Shown here in pieces: positions 37,073-52,000 of a stretch of 64,000 bases of DNA; position 1 is the stretch's first letter, and each line of letters starts with the position of its first letter. The notes under the pieces were generated by a model that worked only from the letters and a program-made list of their open reading frames with translations, searched no databases and had not been told where the DNA came from. Position numbers and translations under genes: made by a program. This stretch comes from Antedon mediterranea (taxonomy: Eukaryota > Animalia > Echinodermata): assembly GCF_964355755.1 (NCBI RefSeq), contig NC_092674.1:22258001-22322000 (forward strand), in the 5' to 3' direction.

Positions 37073-40000
37073 GTAAGTGCATAGTTTGTAGGCTACGCTT
37101 GATTGTAAAAGAGGGAAATCCAGGCTAAGTATCCCCAGAGAGAGAATCAACGAAGTGTCAATTAAGCACCGCGGGCTATTAACCATGGCTTAGTGTGGTG
37201 GTTGTGTGCGTACTGAACTTGGCTTGGTGGTAGGAAGGGCCTAGCCTAGGTGTTTTATTTAATGGCCAGTCATTGCTCAAGGAATAAATAATTGAAGGCA
37301 AAACTTAAAACAAAAGGGCAAAGAGAGTAGTATAATGAACCAGATATTTTATCTCAAAATTAAAACAGGCAAATGTTTTTACAATTCCCTGTATTTTTCA
37401 GTTACTGAGGCCTAGTATATAGAGATAGGGATCTCAGTTTTTTTAGGCCTTGTGATGGGGCCTATCATTTTATGCTGTACTATACCATTTTCACACACCA
37501 ATCATCATCATGCTTGTGTTTTGTATTTTAAACGATGTATTTTATCTGTATTTTAAATGATATGTTTTATTTGTATTTTACCAAATTTTAACCTTTTTTA
37601 AACTCATTTCATATTTTTAAATTTTATGTGAATTTTTAAACTTTAGACAAAAAAAAATAATGTCAAACCATGTACATATTTTACTGTGTTTGACCATGGA
37701 GGTTATACCTCCATGGTTTGACCATGAATAAATGAATACTGAACTAGAAACGCGAAATGTTATTCATTCATTAAAGATGTCTCCCAACAACATGAAAATC
37801 AGACTTTAAATAGGTCATTTTGTAGTTTTAACCAAGTTAATTGCTTCTGTTAAAAAAACATTAAAAATAATGTTTTCAAAATGACAAAATAAACAGTTAA
37901 ATTCAACCAAAAACCCATTGGCTGGCAGTTTTTTCAGGTAATTAATTTATTTTTGATCCATTTTCTCGTCAAAGTGTTCAATAACTATTACATTTCAAAT
38001 ATGAAAAAAAAAAATTATTTAAAACATTTATTTTTTCAGGAGGACAAAACAGGTACTGTATTTAAAAATAAAATAACCCATCATAATCAACTTTATCCCT
38101 TTTTTTGCAGAATAAAAAGTACAAATCCTAGTGTGTAACTTAGGAACATAAATTTAGCAAAAATATGCAGACTAAAAATGATATAATAAACGGTTTGTTT
38201 AGTGCTAAGCAGCAACAACAGGCTCTTTTATACAATTAAAGTACTGTATACAGTACAGTAGGTACTACCATGTATAAAAAATGTGATTAAAGTGACCACC
38301 GGTAAAAGTTTACTCGGTTATATATGTATACATAACACAGACCATAGATATGTTACTGTATAGTATCTCTGTACAGTATGAACTAGGCCAACTACTGTAC
38401 AGTACCTTTAGGTCCATTGTAATCAACTTATTCAGTGAATAATGGCGGAGGAATAATGTCCTTTGTAGATTTATTTATGAATTAAAATTTCGGATTTGTC
38501 CAAATCCTTCAAGGTTATTTACAATTAAGTCATGACATTATTATATTGGAAATCTGTTATATGATATCTGATTATAGAACAATCAGGCATTTTACACCAT
38601 CAAAATCATGTGTTTAAATACAGTAAATTGTATGACTGTCAGTTTATAACATCTTCCTTTGTTTACTCAACAAAGTGGTTAAAGCAAGCCCACCACAAGT
38701 CATAAAATCAACACGAAAACACCTTTGGTTACTGTAGGAGGTCCTATGTACTAAATAACCCAGTTTATGGTACAAACTTACAGGCTGTTCTCAGACTTTA
38801 AATTTGGTACAGTGGTAAATTTCTTTAAATTGATTCTTTCCTCTTTGTAATTAATGACCCATGGCAATAATAAAATGACCCGAGACAATAATTTACACTA
38901 ACCCAAATGATCCCTTTATTGCAAATTTTCCCATAGTGTGTTTATTTTAAGCTAATTGAACATTACCTTGAGATCTTGCCGATTCTGTACTTATAATCAA
39001 TATGATCAATTTTGATAGCCGAAGATGGTAGCGGCACAGTACTAGAAATAGACTTGTTTTGTTTTATGTTAATGAGCTGTCTAAGAACTATCATTGATAG
39101 TATCATTGTATTTTCATTAATCAATCTCACTGTGTAATGATACATGTATTTGTACTGTAGTGTATTGTACTTTGCCATAACAATGATTTTGTTAGTTATA
39201 CTTTTAATATGCCTATCAATTACTGATACTATGATATGAGTATGTATGACCGAGAAATAAAAAACACTTTATTGCAAACCCATACCCAAATCATTTCCGA
39301 GTTTACACTACAATAGTAATTTGTGACCAGTAAAGATAGGTGGTATGATTTTTTTTAAATTAATTAATGCTAATTATGTGCACAGTGTTTATAATCCTAT
39401 CCATTCATTAAATTGCTATTGTTAGTTATGCTGGCATTGCAATTAATACAATATCAATTGTCATGAATAATTTAATTAATTGGTCTTCTTGGTGATAATG
39501 AATACAATGGACTTGATAACTGGATAATAAACTATTTCTGTGGTTTATTTATTTATTAGATATCAGTTTAGTGTATTCCATGTACTGTATCTGTGGTGGT
39601 ATCCATACGCCCGTATTCTTAAACCGGACTTTAGTCGTAGTTCAAAGTTCGACTTGAAAAAGTCGTAGTTCGAGCTATTACTTCAAATTCGATGCAAAAA
39701 CGAAGTAGTCGAAGTTTGCAGTTCGACTTAATGAAGTCGAGCTTTTAGATGAGTTGCACACGTCTGGGTACCAAAGGCTAAACATTGGCCAATGACAAGA
39801 GAGTATTTGAGGAGCAGACGAAATTTTGCGCATTGATATCACTTTCCATTTTCTTACAAAACTTTTTACGCATCAGGACTATATACATGAAAAATAATTT
39901 TAATCGTTAATTATTAGAACAAGATCAGTATTAATTTAACAGTGAAGTACTTTTAATTAACAACAAACAAAATCTTCAAAATATATTTAGGAACCATGGC

Positions 40001-43000
40001 GGTACGGTAACTTTCATATTTTCTAGGCCTCCAACAAAGTATGATCGCGACGAACCACGCACTTCCTAGCGTGACAAGAAAGCGCTAGGCCCCCTAAACA
40101 TTCCATCGCGTGGTGAATTGCCGCATCTCCCATTGTCGCTATGGCGTGACCTAGTTCAAGTCGGACTTACAGTACGCGAAGAAAATAATGTAATTTGTAT
40201 ACAGTTGTAAATAAAGATGATTTTCATTATTATAACTTATACCAATGTATATTTAATTAAGCTAATATAAATATAGATATTTCATTCTTCAATATCTGGC
40301 CAATATAACAACTCAATGACTGTTACGTTTTTTATAAACATCGTTTAAAAACCATTTAGTCGACCATTTAGCCTGCCCCCTCCAGGACTAAAAAAATCGA
40401 TCAAAATCCGTCTCGATTTAGTCGAGGTTGGCCTGAATTAGTCGGCGATTTAGTTGAAGTTCGGTTTATGAATTAAAATGCCGTCATTTTTTAAGTTTTA
40501 GCTCGAACTACGACTAAAGTCCGGTTTAAGAATACGGGCGATAGAGTTGGCTTAACAACATTTTAATATTAATATAGTTCATCTGTTTTTTTCTTATGTT
40601 TTTTATGTTTATATGTTTGTCAGCATACAGTAATTCTCTTTAGGGTTACCCTCTTTAAAATGTTTAATAACAAATAAAATTTGACATTTTATACAGCATT
40701 AATAATTACTGTGTGTATTTTAATAATGAGGCTTTCAGAATTATTGGTCTATGAGTAAAAAAAACTTCATTTAATTTTTATTATATTTAAGTACAAAATA
40801 CAATTTTACTGTTTGTACAGATTACTTACTGATACAGTATTTGTTCTGAATGTTTGAGTGTATTAGTGTGTTCGATTAATGGTCAGTTCCATTATAGGAT
40901 TAGCCATCCTCACTAAGGTGATATGCCTATTTAATATAAATTTGTTGTTATTATGACATATTACAATCTATACACACTACAGATAACCAGAAAATAATGT
41001 GAATGTCCTCGCGTATGATGATTGAGTCAAATTTCCTCTCTTTTAATTATTGTGTGCACCTTTGTTTATAATCAATGTTTATAATTTTTATTTTTTTTTA
41101 GGGAATAACTGAAAAAGATGTCCCTGAGAATAGAACAGTATTGATAGGCAACCGGTCACCTGTTGAAGACTTTGTATACATTCCACAAAAGTTTCCTGAT
41201 AATACAGTAATATCATCAAAGGTATAATTAGTCTATTTCGTGTCTAGCTATACCTAGATAAAAGTAAAAAGTTCCTAGAACACCCCTGTACCATAATGAA
41301 CTACTCTACAACTACGCCCTCATACTGTATGGGAACGTTCCAACATATCACCGTTATCATTTTCTTTCATAACGTGGACCCGTTATGTCATGACACAAAC
41401 GTGATACATTTTCTGTAGCTCATTAGAACCCTTGTTTTTAAGGGACACCTTTGGGACCGAACAAAATATCTCCTTATACTGAGTTTTACCTAACTGTACT
41501 GTAAATAGAGGTTTAGCCATAGTGTTACTTTCACGGGACAGTGTCAATAGGTGTGTCTCCTTTCAATAGGTCTGAATAGAGGTATCCAAAGATTGTACTG
41601 TGTAATTCAAAATACAAATTTTACACACTTGAAGATATATTTACCATTTGATTGGCCAATTTTGTATTATGTGTGTTGTTCAGTACAGTAATGGTTACAG
41701 TACATTAAGTGTGGTTGTTTGACTTTTGTGCATTAAAAACTAAGTATATTTATTGTTCTACTATCCAGCCAAAATACATGTTTGAATGGCTTGGCCTTAC
41801 AATTAATTCAATATGGAAAAAGCAGTGTGAATAGGAGTTTATGGTAGAAATTATGTTGAGAATTGGAATCCTGTCATGTCTTTACTCAGTTCCATAAGAT
41901 AAGATAAGATAAGATAACTTTTATTGATCCTCAAAAAGGAAATTCATTGCTCGTCATAATAACAAAGAAAACACAATAAAAACAAATATAGCATAAAACC
42001 ATTCATATAAAAACATCTAAAAAATTACAAGATAAAATTATCTTCTTGACTTCCTGTTGTACTGGATGATACCGGAGGGAATAAAGGATTTAGCAAATCA
42101 ATTTGTTTTCACACTGAGGAGCCTCAATCTACCACTTGGATTAAGTTGGTCTATGATCACTTTGTGGAGAGGATGAGAGGCATCCGACTCAATGCGTTCG
42201 AAATTTTTCTGGAGGTGTTCTACTGTAGGTAGGTGCACAACGGTAAAGGAAGGCAGTTCCAGACCAATCATTTTACCAGCCCGACGGATGAAAGTTTCAA
42301 TGCGTCCTTTATTCCCTCCGGTAACATTATCAGCCCAACAGGAGAGGCAGTACGTCCAAACACTACATATAACGGATCTATAGAACGAAAGTAACATCAA
42401 ATCACAGGAGTTAAATTTATATAAAGTTCTCATACAATACATTCTGGGATTTAACTTTTGCTGATGAAGTCTATATGGTCTCCCCAACTCAGTTTATCAT
42501 TGAAAACAATTCCTAGATACAGTACTTGTACTGGTCAACAATTTCAATTTCTTTACCTTTGATAGTGATTGGTTGAAAATTAAATTTATGTGTTTAGTCC
42601 TAAAATCAATGATCATCTCCTTTGTTTTTGATGCATTTATTTGGAGATGATTATCGTCACAAAATTTAACAAATCTTTGTATTTCGCTACGATAATTTTC
42701 ATCATTGTTTGAAACTATGAGACCAATAGTACTAGTGTCATCAGCGAATTTAACAACGGGGCAAAGCTCATCATTTAAAGATCTGTAATCGGCCGTATAC
42801 AAGTTCGTTGACAGTACCCCGAGGAACACCGGTGTCAGAGGTTACAATTTCTGACTTAACACCATTAATATTAACAAATTGTTTTCTATCACAAATGAAA
42901 TTTAAAACTAAACGAACAATCGGACAGGGAAACTCCATATTCAACATTTTGTCTGCTAAGATATGGGGATTCATTCATAGATTCTGTTGTTATGTTAAAA

Positions 43001-46000
43001 CATAAATTCTCACTAATTTTCAGGAAGTGTTCCACTTTATTACAATATAACTAAACATTTCTATTTAAAGTCTTTTCAATCTGTTGTTATAGTGATTATT
43101 AAAAAAATTTTTGTTTCCTTTTAAATATACGGAAACGTATATACCACAAAGAATGTTCATTAATATTATTATTAATAATGTACTGTGTACATCTCATGGT
43201 AATGAAGGGTTGAAAGTACAAAGTTTAATCTCATCAAACCATACCACACCCCTAAAAATAAATTTTTAAATGACTATTCATACATTTTTAATTGAAATTG
43301 AAAACTTATATTGAATGCCTTCATAAAGCAATGTGTGTGTTTCTCTTTATAAAGGAAATGTTTCGTACAGTTACACCATTGGAAATTCATTTTTTTTTTG
43401 TATATACTGAAATAGACCAAAATAAATTATAATGAAATGATGTACCAGTATTTGGGTCTAGCAAAACTGCAATTTTAATGGAGGAATGTTTTTTTTTTTT
43501 TTTGAATTTTGATCAATTCAATCAGTCAGTTATTTATGGCAACAATTTATACTTTGTAAAATATTATGTGAAAAAATATAAATCCACTTAAACTTAAATA
43601 AAGCTAGTTCTACCAAGAAAAAAGTTCTGTACAGTATTTAGTTGTACACACAGCAAATGCAAATAATAAATAATAAAAAAACATACACATGCATAAAACA
43701 GGTTTGTTTTTATGGTTTGCATTTTATAACGTAATAATAATAAATATTTATTTTCTTTTTCAGTACACCTTACTAAATTTTCTACCAAAGAATCTTTTTG
43801 AACAGTTTAGAAGAATTGCAAACTTCTATTTTTTAATCGTTGCATTACTACAGGTAAATTATCAATTATTATTCACTTGACTTAACTATAGTGTATCACG
43901 GTTTGATGTCACAATGATAGAGGGCGCTGCATGGTTGCGAGCCAACCAAAAAATGCTTTCAACGCTACTATGTTGATAAACTGTAAAGATCTGTATTTCT
44001 ATCAAACTATGTATCTTAACTTGATTTTTTTTAACTTAAACTGTACAGTTAAAGAATAAATAGATTATTAAAAACAAATATTTAGTGATCTTTTGAAATT
44101 GTAGTTTGTTTTTATTGAAAATTATTAAGTTTTGAAATGACTACTTCAATAAGCCTATTCCAAACCATTGGTGACCTTGGAGTTACTGTACTCGGACAGG
44201 TTAACCGCATTTTTGGTTGCGCAACCAAGAAGCGCCACGTACCGTCTTGACGTCAGCACCGTGATACTCTATTATTACTGACTGTCATGATAGTTTCTTG
44301 TACAGTACAGTATGTACAGTATTAGAGTTTACTTGGCAACTTGTATACATTTAACACACCAAGGTTACAAAGAAGGAAACACAAATATTAAAAATGGTAT
44401 TATACTTTCCCTTTTCTTTTTTAGTACAATAAAATTTGAATTTAATTTCCGTTTCCTGAAATTATTTTTTTATGTGCGGTTACTGTAGTGTACAAGAGTA
44501 CATTCATAAATGTGTTCAATTATTTTCACCATTTCAGTGAATAAAAGTCCTAAAAATACACACAATACAATCAAAATATTAAACAAAATTTGTTTCCCTC
44601 TGCCATGCCAACACATTTTCCAATTTAAACAAATTGTCATGAAAATATTTACTGCATTGAAATTTACTGTACACTGGATGAAAACAGACTAGAGACAATA
44701 TTAACAAATTGACATGAATGGTATGACATTGGAATTGATTTTGCAGTATTAAAACTTATAAGTTATACAATGATTTCAGCATTATTTTTTATTATGTACC
44801 AGCACTTTCATATCATGAATAATACACTCAGTAGGCCAATTATTATGCGCTTTATTTCAATATGCAATGTATTTAATAAATTATGAATCTTAACAAAGAT
44901 GGGTACTTAATTTATGTTTGTTGTGTCGAAAATATAAGGGTTGTTTTCCCTAAATTAATAATACTGTACACTGTACTGTATGTCAAGCTTTATATTCCTT
45001 TAGACAGTTTGTGTGATTTTACATTGTTAATTTAACCTTGTATTGTATAGAAAAAATGCATTATGAACTGATTGCAATAATAATGGGAATTACATCAAAT
45101 TATTACAATAATCTGAACTTTGTGCTTAGCCATAATGTAAGTGGATAAACCAAAATTGGCCTTTTCCCAACAATAGAGCAATTATGTTATACTATACCTG
45201 TAGTACAGGATAATATTAAACCACCACATACAGTGGCACATTCTATAAGTACCACATGCACCTAAATTAACTTACAGTATTAAGCATCTGGTGTTTGTCG
45301 GACCAATAGTGAAAGGGCATGATTGGGTGCGGTTTTCAGACAGTGGGCATATAAATTATCATTATTATGACCATGGAGACTCGGAAGTCGGGACTGTTAT
45401 GTAGCTAGTCTAAAGTATTTTATAGCATGAGGAGAATGATGTTATCAAACATGAAACTGGTTTCAATATTAATTTATTATATGAAAATCAATTTATTTTC
45501 ATATGAATTGAAAGTGATAACAACATTTCTTTATTTTTATAGTTTGTTATAGATAGTCCAGTCAGTCCAATAACAAGTGTTCTTCCATTGGTTTTTGTCA
45601 TCTCTGTTACAGGAATAAAACAGGTTAGTTGATGCGAAAATCAATCAAATACAAAATATAATACAGTACATGGGAAAACTCATTGTGAGTCATCACAAAA
45701 TGTAATGAAAAACAAGTAAAATAAAAAGGATGAAAGATAAAAGCATTGTTTACCATACTGTAGATAATAAAATAAATAAACTTATATTTAAATAATGCCC
45801 CTCCTTTCCAATCTTCTTTCCCCTTTAAGCTTTCATTTTTCAAGAAATTCCATTAGTCACATAGTTACCTGTTTCTCCATAGTTAAGTTTCAAGCTATAA
45901 TTGTAATGAATGAATTTTAGAATTTTATATTTTGTGATATTTTTTTTGCATACACAGGGCTATGAGGATTGGTTGAGGCATCAAGCTGATTTTGAGGTCA

Positions 46001-49000
46001 ATAATCGACCAATGAGAGTTATTCGTGATGGGGAAATTGTTGATACACGATCAAGTGATATTCGGGTACAGTATGAACTTCCAATAATCTTTTCCTAGTT
46101 TAGACTTATGGAGGATATGAAACAATAATAGACTCTTTACATACATTCTAACTCAAACTGCTTATTACAGTACCTATCTAGTTTAATTAAAACACAAATG
46201 TAAATTTAGTATAGTGAGCTTTCGCATCCGGAAACGGTAGACGAAATGAGATTGGAATTATAGTAAAAGTCCAGTATATATACTCATTCTGTTCATTATC
46301 GGGACTGTCTTTAATTGTTTAAAACGTTCAGTCTGATAGATGTAGCCAATAAAAAATGGCCAATCAGTACTTAGGCCTAAGTTTTTCATTTTTAGTTCTT
46401 GTGAACTTTCTACAAAATATTATCATTTTATGTGTTATTATAGTATGCTTAGACTGTGAATTCATGTTGATTCTTCTAGATTAAAAAAAAAATAAACATC
46501 CTCTTAAGCCCTATTAAGGTTTTGATTAGGTGCTTTTAGTACATCCTTTTGAACTTAGCTAACCTAAGACTTACAGTACCTGGATAATGCAGTAACTTCT
46601 CAAACATGACCACCAAGCCCACATGTGCATGGTCTAGTGGTCTGGAAGACATGTCCAACATCTTTAGGTTAAATCACCAGCTCCTCTCATCTACTGTACC
46701 AATGCAATAGCACACTATTAAGAAGAGGAATGATTGAGTTATTTATTTATTTTACCAACAAAATCAACAAAAACAAAGGCGATCCAACTTTAGGTCACTA
46801 TGACTCAATGAGTCTTTATTTTATAATAGGGACTTTACGAAACTCGACGGGAAGCCACAGGATGGTGCTCATGAATAAATTATGCATTCTTTATCAAAGT
46901 GGGCGGACCTTAGTGTGAAATTCCGTCGTCTTAACTTTTTGAGGACGCTAAAGTTGCCATTTTCCCGTTTACGGAGAACAACTAGAAATAATTTATATAT
47001 AACCTAAAATTACATTTTAAACGTGGAATTTTCAAAACTCTAAATAATATTTGAACTTCTAATTTAATTGTTTTATGAAACAAAATTTGTATTGGGTTAA
47101 AAGCGGCGTTTAGGCCTATGCTGTATCACCGTGCCACAATACAGGTGAGGACAGGATATTCGTCATCCTCCCCTACCCATCGTGTTTCGTAAAGTCCCTA
47201 ATATACAAATTTGGTACAATTATGAAAAGCACTAGTAAAAAAGTATATATATACACATTTTAGATTTTAGGTTAAAAATATAAAATTAAAAACAGTAGTA
47301 TTATATTGTACTGCAAATCACTTTGGAGTGACTGAATTTTGAGATATTAATTATAAAAAGTGATAATGGGTTCAGAAACTTACTCTTTAATATTATCATC
47401 TGTAGGTTGGGGATATTGTCCGTTGCAAATTAAATGATGAATTTCCATGTGACATGATAGTGCTGTCTTCCGAAAATCCTGAAGGAGAATGCTACGTAAC
47501 CACAGCTAATTTAGATGGAGAAACAAATCTCAAGGTAGGAACATTTATTATGTACAGTAGTATCATTTATAATTTTAATTAGAATTAATATGAATATGGC
47601 AAGCAAAGAATTTGTAGAATGTAAACCACCCAGTGATGTTAAATGAATTATCTTAGAGAAGAAATCTACAGTATGAGAATGAGGAAAAGCTGCCTCAACC
47701 AAACCCAGAACCTTCTGTGTAATATGTATAATATTTAAGATCATATTAATAATTAACACACAGGCTACTAAATAATGGTTCCTATCATGTGACATTTGTA
47801 AATGATAATGAATAATTCCATTCAATGTCAAGAATTTGTTTAGTTAGTTTTGTTTCATCATAGCCCATACAAATGAATAATGTGACACTCCTAATCAAAC
47901 TTTAGTTTATTTTGTACATATTACAGTACTCTTCTCAAATCATAATGCTGACTTTTTGCCATGGTCTTTGTTTGACAAATCAAGATGGCAGTGGTTGGTT
48001 TTGTTTGAATACATGATAAGATAACATTATCTATTTACTTTAGGAGTAGGTGTGTTACTAAACAAATACTTAATGTTTTATTGTCAGAATATTTTCATTT
48101 CTTTCAACTTTTCTCTCACTGTGTTTTATATAAATCCAAAGGCAAAATACTGAAATAATGACAATGCTTTGGGTATCAGTGGCTGGATCTCAATGGTCGA
48201 GATACAAAAAAAAAGAAGTGAAAAGCTAGATCAAATGATAAAGTAAAACAGCCAGAAAAGTTAGCAAAGCTTTCGGGCAACACTAGCCCTTCATCAGCGC
48301 AAGCGGTTATATAATATATAAATTGCCTTGGTTGTACATTGTGTACTAATTACTGTACTGTAACATATACTATTGTATATTTTATCGTAATTAGCCACAG
48401 AAGAAGAAGATGAAATGTTTTCAGAGTTTATTTATATATCCCATTATTTTTACAAAATGTCGACCAGTGCAGGGAAAGTGTCTGATAAATTTTTATAATA
48501 TATATATATAATATTATTTTGTATCCAGTTGTATTTTATGTAACGATTATCGTCGTTATTTTGTATTTAGCTAAATAGCATCCTCAGTTGCCAAGGCAAC
48601 CTTTATGTATGTTGATTAACATTCTTACCTGTATTCCAGGTTAATTAACAAGTAATGCATCAATGTTGCCATGGGGATAGACAACGTTGCAACTTAATAC
48701 TTCTCTGTCTTCATTATCAATCTAGTTTGACCAAAAAAGTATGAAGTGCCTAAATATGGTAGTGATATTCCCAAATATGGTAGTGATATGACATCATCAT
48801 GATTGTCCATATATGGGCATAGCACAATTTGTTGTCACATAAAGTTTGATAATGTAGACAGGGCTTTAGACCACACAGAAAGTAGGACATTGGCCAGTAG
48901 CAAGGGATCTGTAGAAATCATTTATAATGCTAACTATATTTAAAGTAGATTTAATTATAAAAATTATTTCAAATTGAAAACATGAAAAATGAAGAATATA

Positions 49001-52000
49001 ATAAAAGACTTTGAATAGGCATTTCACAGTTTTAAAAAATGTGAATCACTTCCATAAATAAAAACTAAAAACATAATGTTGTTAAAAAAAACAATAAACT
49101 GTTAAATTAAATAAAAAAAACCTTCTTCCAGAATGAATCCAGTCAATTTGACAATTTTTTCTATAAATTACTACTGTTTCTTTTGATCCAATGTTTGGTT
49201 TGAAGTGAATAACTAAATGTGACATTTAAATGGCATTCAACAAAAATATTTTTTCAGTGAGACAATATTATTTTAATACACTTGACACAATGGTTCACAA
49301 CATAAATCATTTTGATAATATTATTCACATTATATAACAATAACATTCATAAAAGGATGGTGTATAAACACATTAAATTAGAGGTTTTTTTTCAATTACA
49401 TAGAACTGATAATTATCTCAAATTAAAATAAATGTCAACAAATGCAGAGTTTGATTATGAATTGTAAAAAGAAGAAAGTGCTGGCCATTATAATATATTC
49501 TGAAATGCACGCACTATATTATTAATATTTGATATTGATATTCCAGTAATTGTCGTTGGTCATACAAACTAAATATGCTATTACCTGCACACAATACACC
49601 ATATAAGAAAAATGAACACAAATGACTCGACCAGCAAAATGGTCAGTATAATCAATATAGTCATTGAATTGAATCTCCAAATTGAGTAGTGATGAATGAA
49701 AGTTCTTATTGATAAGACTGGCCAATGAAAATTAATATTGACCTACATTTTATTATGTCTGTAGGGATATTTAGTTTGTATTAGTAGAACCCCTATGACA
49801 CCCCTATTACTATAATATTATTCCCTTGAAACAAACAAGGAGCAAAATATACTGTACAGCTACAGCACATCTATTTATTTGTTCTTTATACTGGGTGACC
49901 TCTTCAGTAAAAAAAAAACTGTTCTCCCAGATGGCACAGGGGACACCCATATTAAGACGACCCTTTGTTGAGTGATGAATGTGTCCCCTTATGGAGCAAA
50001 ATATATGCTTTAACACTACGCCTTTCAGGAGACACTTCTATTAAGGGACACATTTATTGTTTGGGTACTGATGGCATCTCCTTATGGTTGGTTCACACAC
50101 AATGCAACGATGAAGGATGTAAGCCTCATTTTAGTAATCTGACTCATGATGCAATGGATCATCGGAACTGTTGCTTGTTATTGGTCAACTGACTTATGTA
50201 GTGCCTACGTTTCATTGAATTGGGAACCACGCCTACTGTAACATATTTGAGTCTATAAATGCTATGGGATTGGCTGCTTTTCTAAGATAACTCATTTATC
50301 AGAGATTTTTGCTGCCAATTTTCTGTGAATACGATTTAAAAAACAATTTTTTTATTTAGATGCATCGTTCTCTCCCGGTCACTGCCCTCTTACAAAATGT
50401 GGAGAGCCTCAACTCATTTAAAGGTGTTATTGAGTGTGAGCAGCCGCACACTGATCTTTACAAATTCATCGGACGTATGAAAACGTTTTCACCAAATAGA
50501 CAAGAGACAGTATAGTAAGTCATTGAGTTTCTTCCACAAAAATAGTCAAATACTAGAAATTACGAGTTTCTTCCACAAAACTAGTACATTTCCCGAAATT
50601 ACTGGTCCCAAAATATATCATACCATTTTAAAAATGCATTTTGAAAACCTCTCAATGTGAGTCCAATTTTGAAAATAATAGTACTTGTTGTAAACACAAA
50701 AATAAACTTTTTTTATATGGTACTTGTAATAAAAATCAACATTTTATTATTTAATTTGGTGACTGATTTTATACTTCCTTGATTTTAATTGTTTCCTTGT
50801 TGTTGTTTGTTGTTTTTTTCTAGCCCATTGAGCCCAGAGAATGTTTTGCTAAGAGGTGCCAGATTGAAAAATGTAAAATATGTATTTGGTAAGCAGATTA
50901 TTTTTTTAATTGTATAAATAGCATTTAAAATATTGACCCTAAACTCTAAAGCATTATTCCAGCATGCAAGCCCACCGACTTTGTAAACAAAAGTGAGTGT
51001 AATAATTCTTTGTTTTATACAGTAAACATGTTGATAAAGTAAGACAATGGAAATTAGGTAAATTGGCTTTATATCTGAAACTGAATCATATAAATATCTC
51101 GGTGTACATTCAGTATTTCTCGTAAATTAAATGACCATAAATTGAGAATGTTATAAAAATGGGTCAAAGATTAATAGCGTACGTTAAATCAATTATCAGT
51201 AGCTTAGATAAATTTAACAGAGTATATTATGGGGATACTCTGTAGAGACAGTTCTCCCATCTATCAACTATGGTTGTTCAGTATGGTGCTCTTTAAGTAG
51301 AATAGATATATAGACTAGAGCGTCTCCGGCTCCAAATGGCGCATTATATCTTAAAAGCACCTCGAAATACACCCTGTGCCGCCTTATATGGAGAGCTTGG
51401 TTGGTCTCCAATTAACGAGATCCATAACGCTCTTCGTATGAAATACTTCCGTAGATTGAAAACTATCGATGGCCAAAAATTATGTTTATTGGGGTGCTAC
51501 AACTTAATTGTGAATTTAAAGACTTAAGTTTCTATCTTGTATAAGCGATATTCTCTTGAAGTGTAATTGTGAATACAAAAATATTGTCACCACTCTCAAA
51601 TTACGAAGAAGTCTACTTTCCAATTTCTGAAATTTTAAGAAAACTTAACTCTATATAATGATAGATGAATGGAGAATTTAATTACAAAAAGGGGTTGATA
51701 GTTGTTTTTGCCTTTATACTTTTCTGTATGTAATTCATTAATTGTTATATTTTATATTGTTATTGTGAAGAATGCACCTTTTTGCTAAGTGTGCCACCGA
51801 TCTAATGGTGTAATTCCAAATAACTAAATAAATAATTCTTCATTGCTATAGTACTTAAGCAAATATTTACTGGTTAAATTGCATTCCAACATCCAATTGA
51901 TTGGTATTTTTAATTGCCAGGTGCAGCCAAAAATAAAATTCATGTTTTTTGTTGTGATTTCATTTTTATTTTACTGTATGTGCATTAACCGGTTCTAGGA

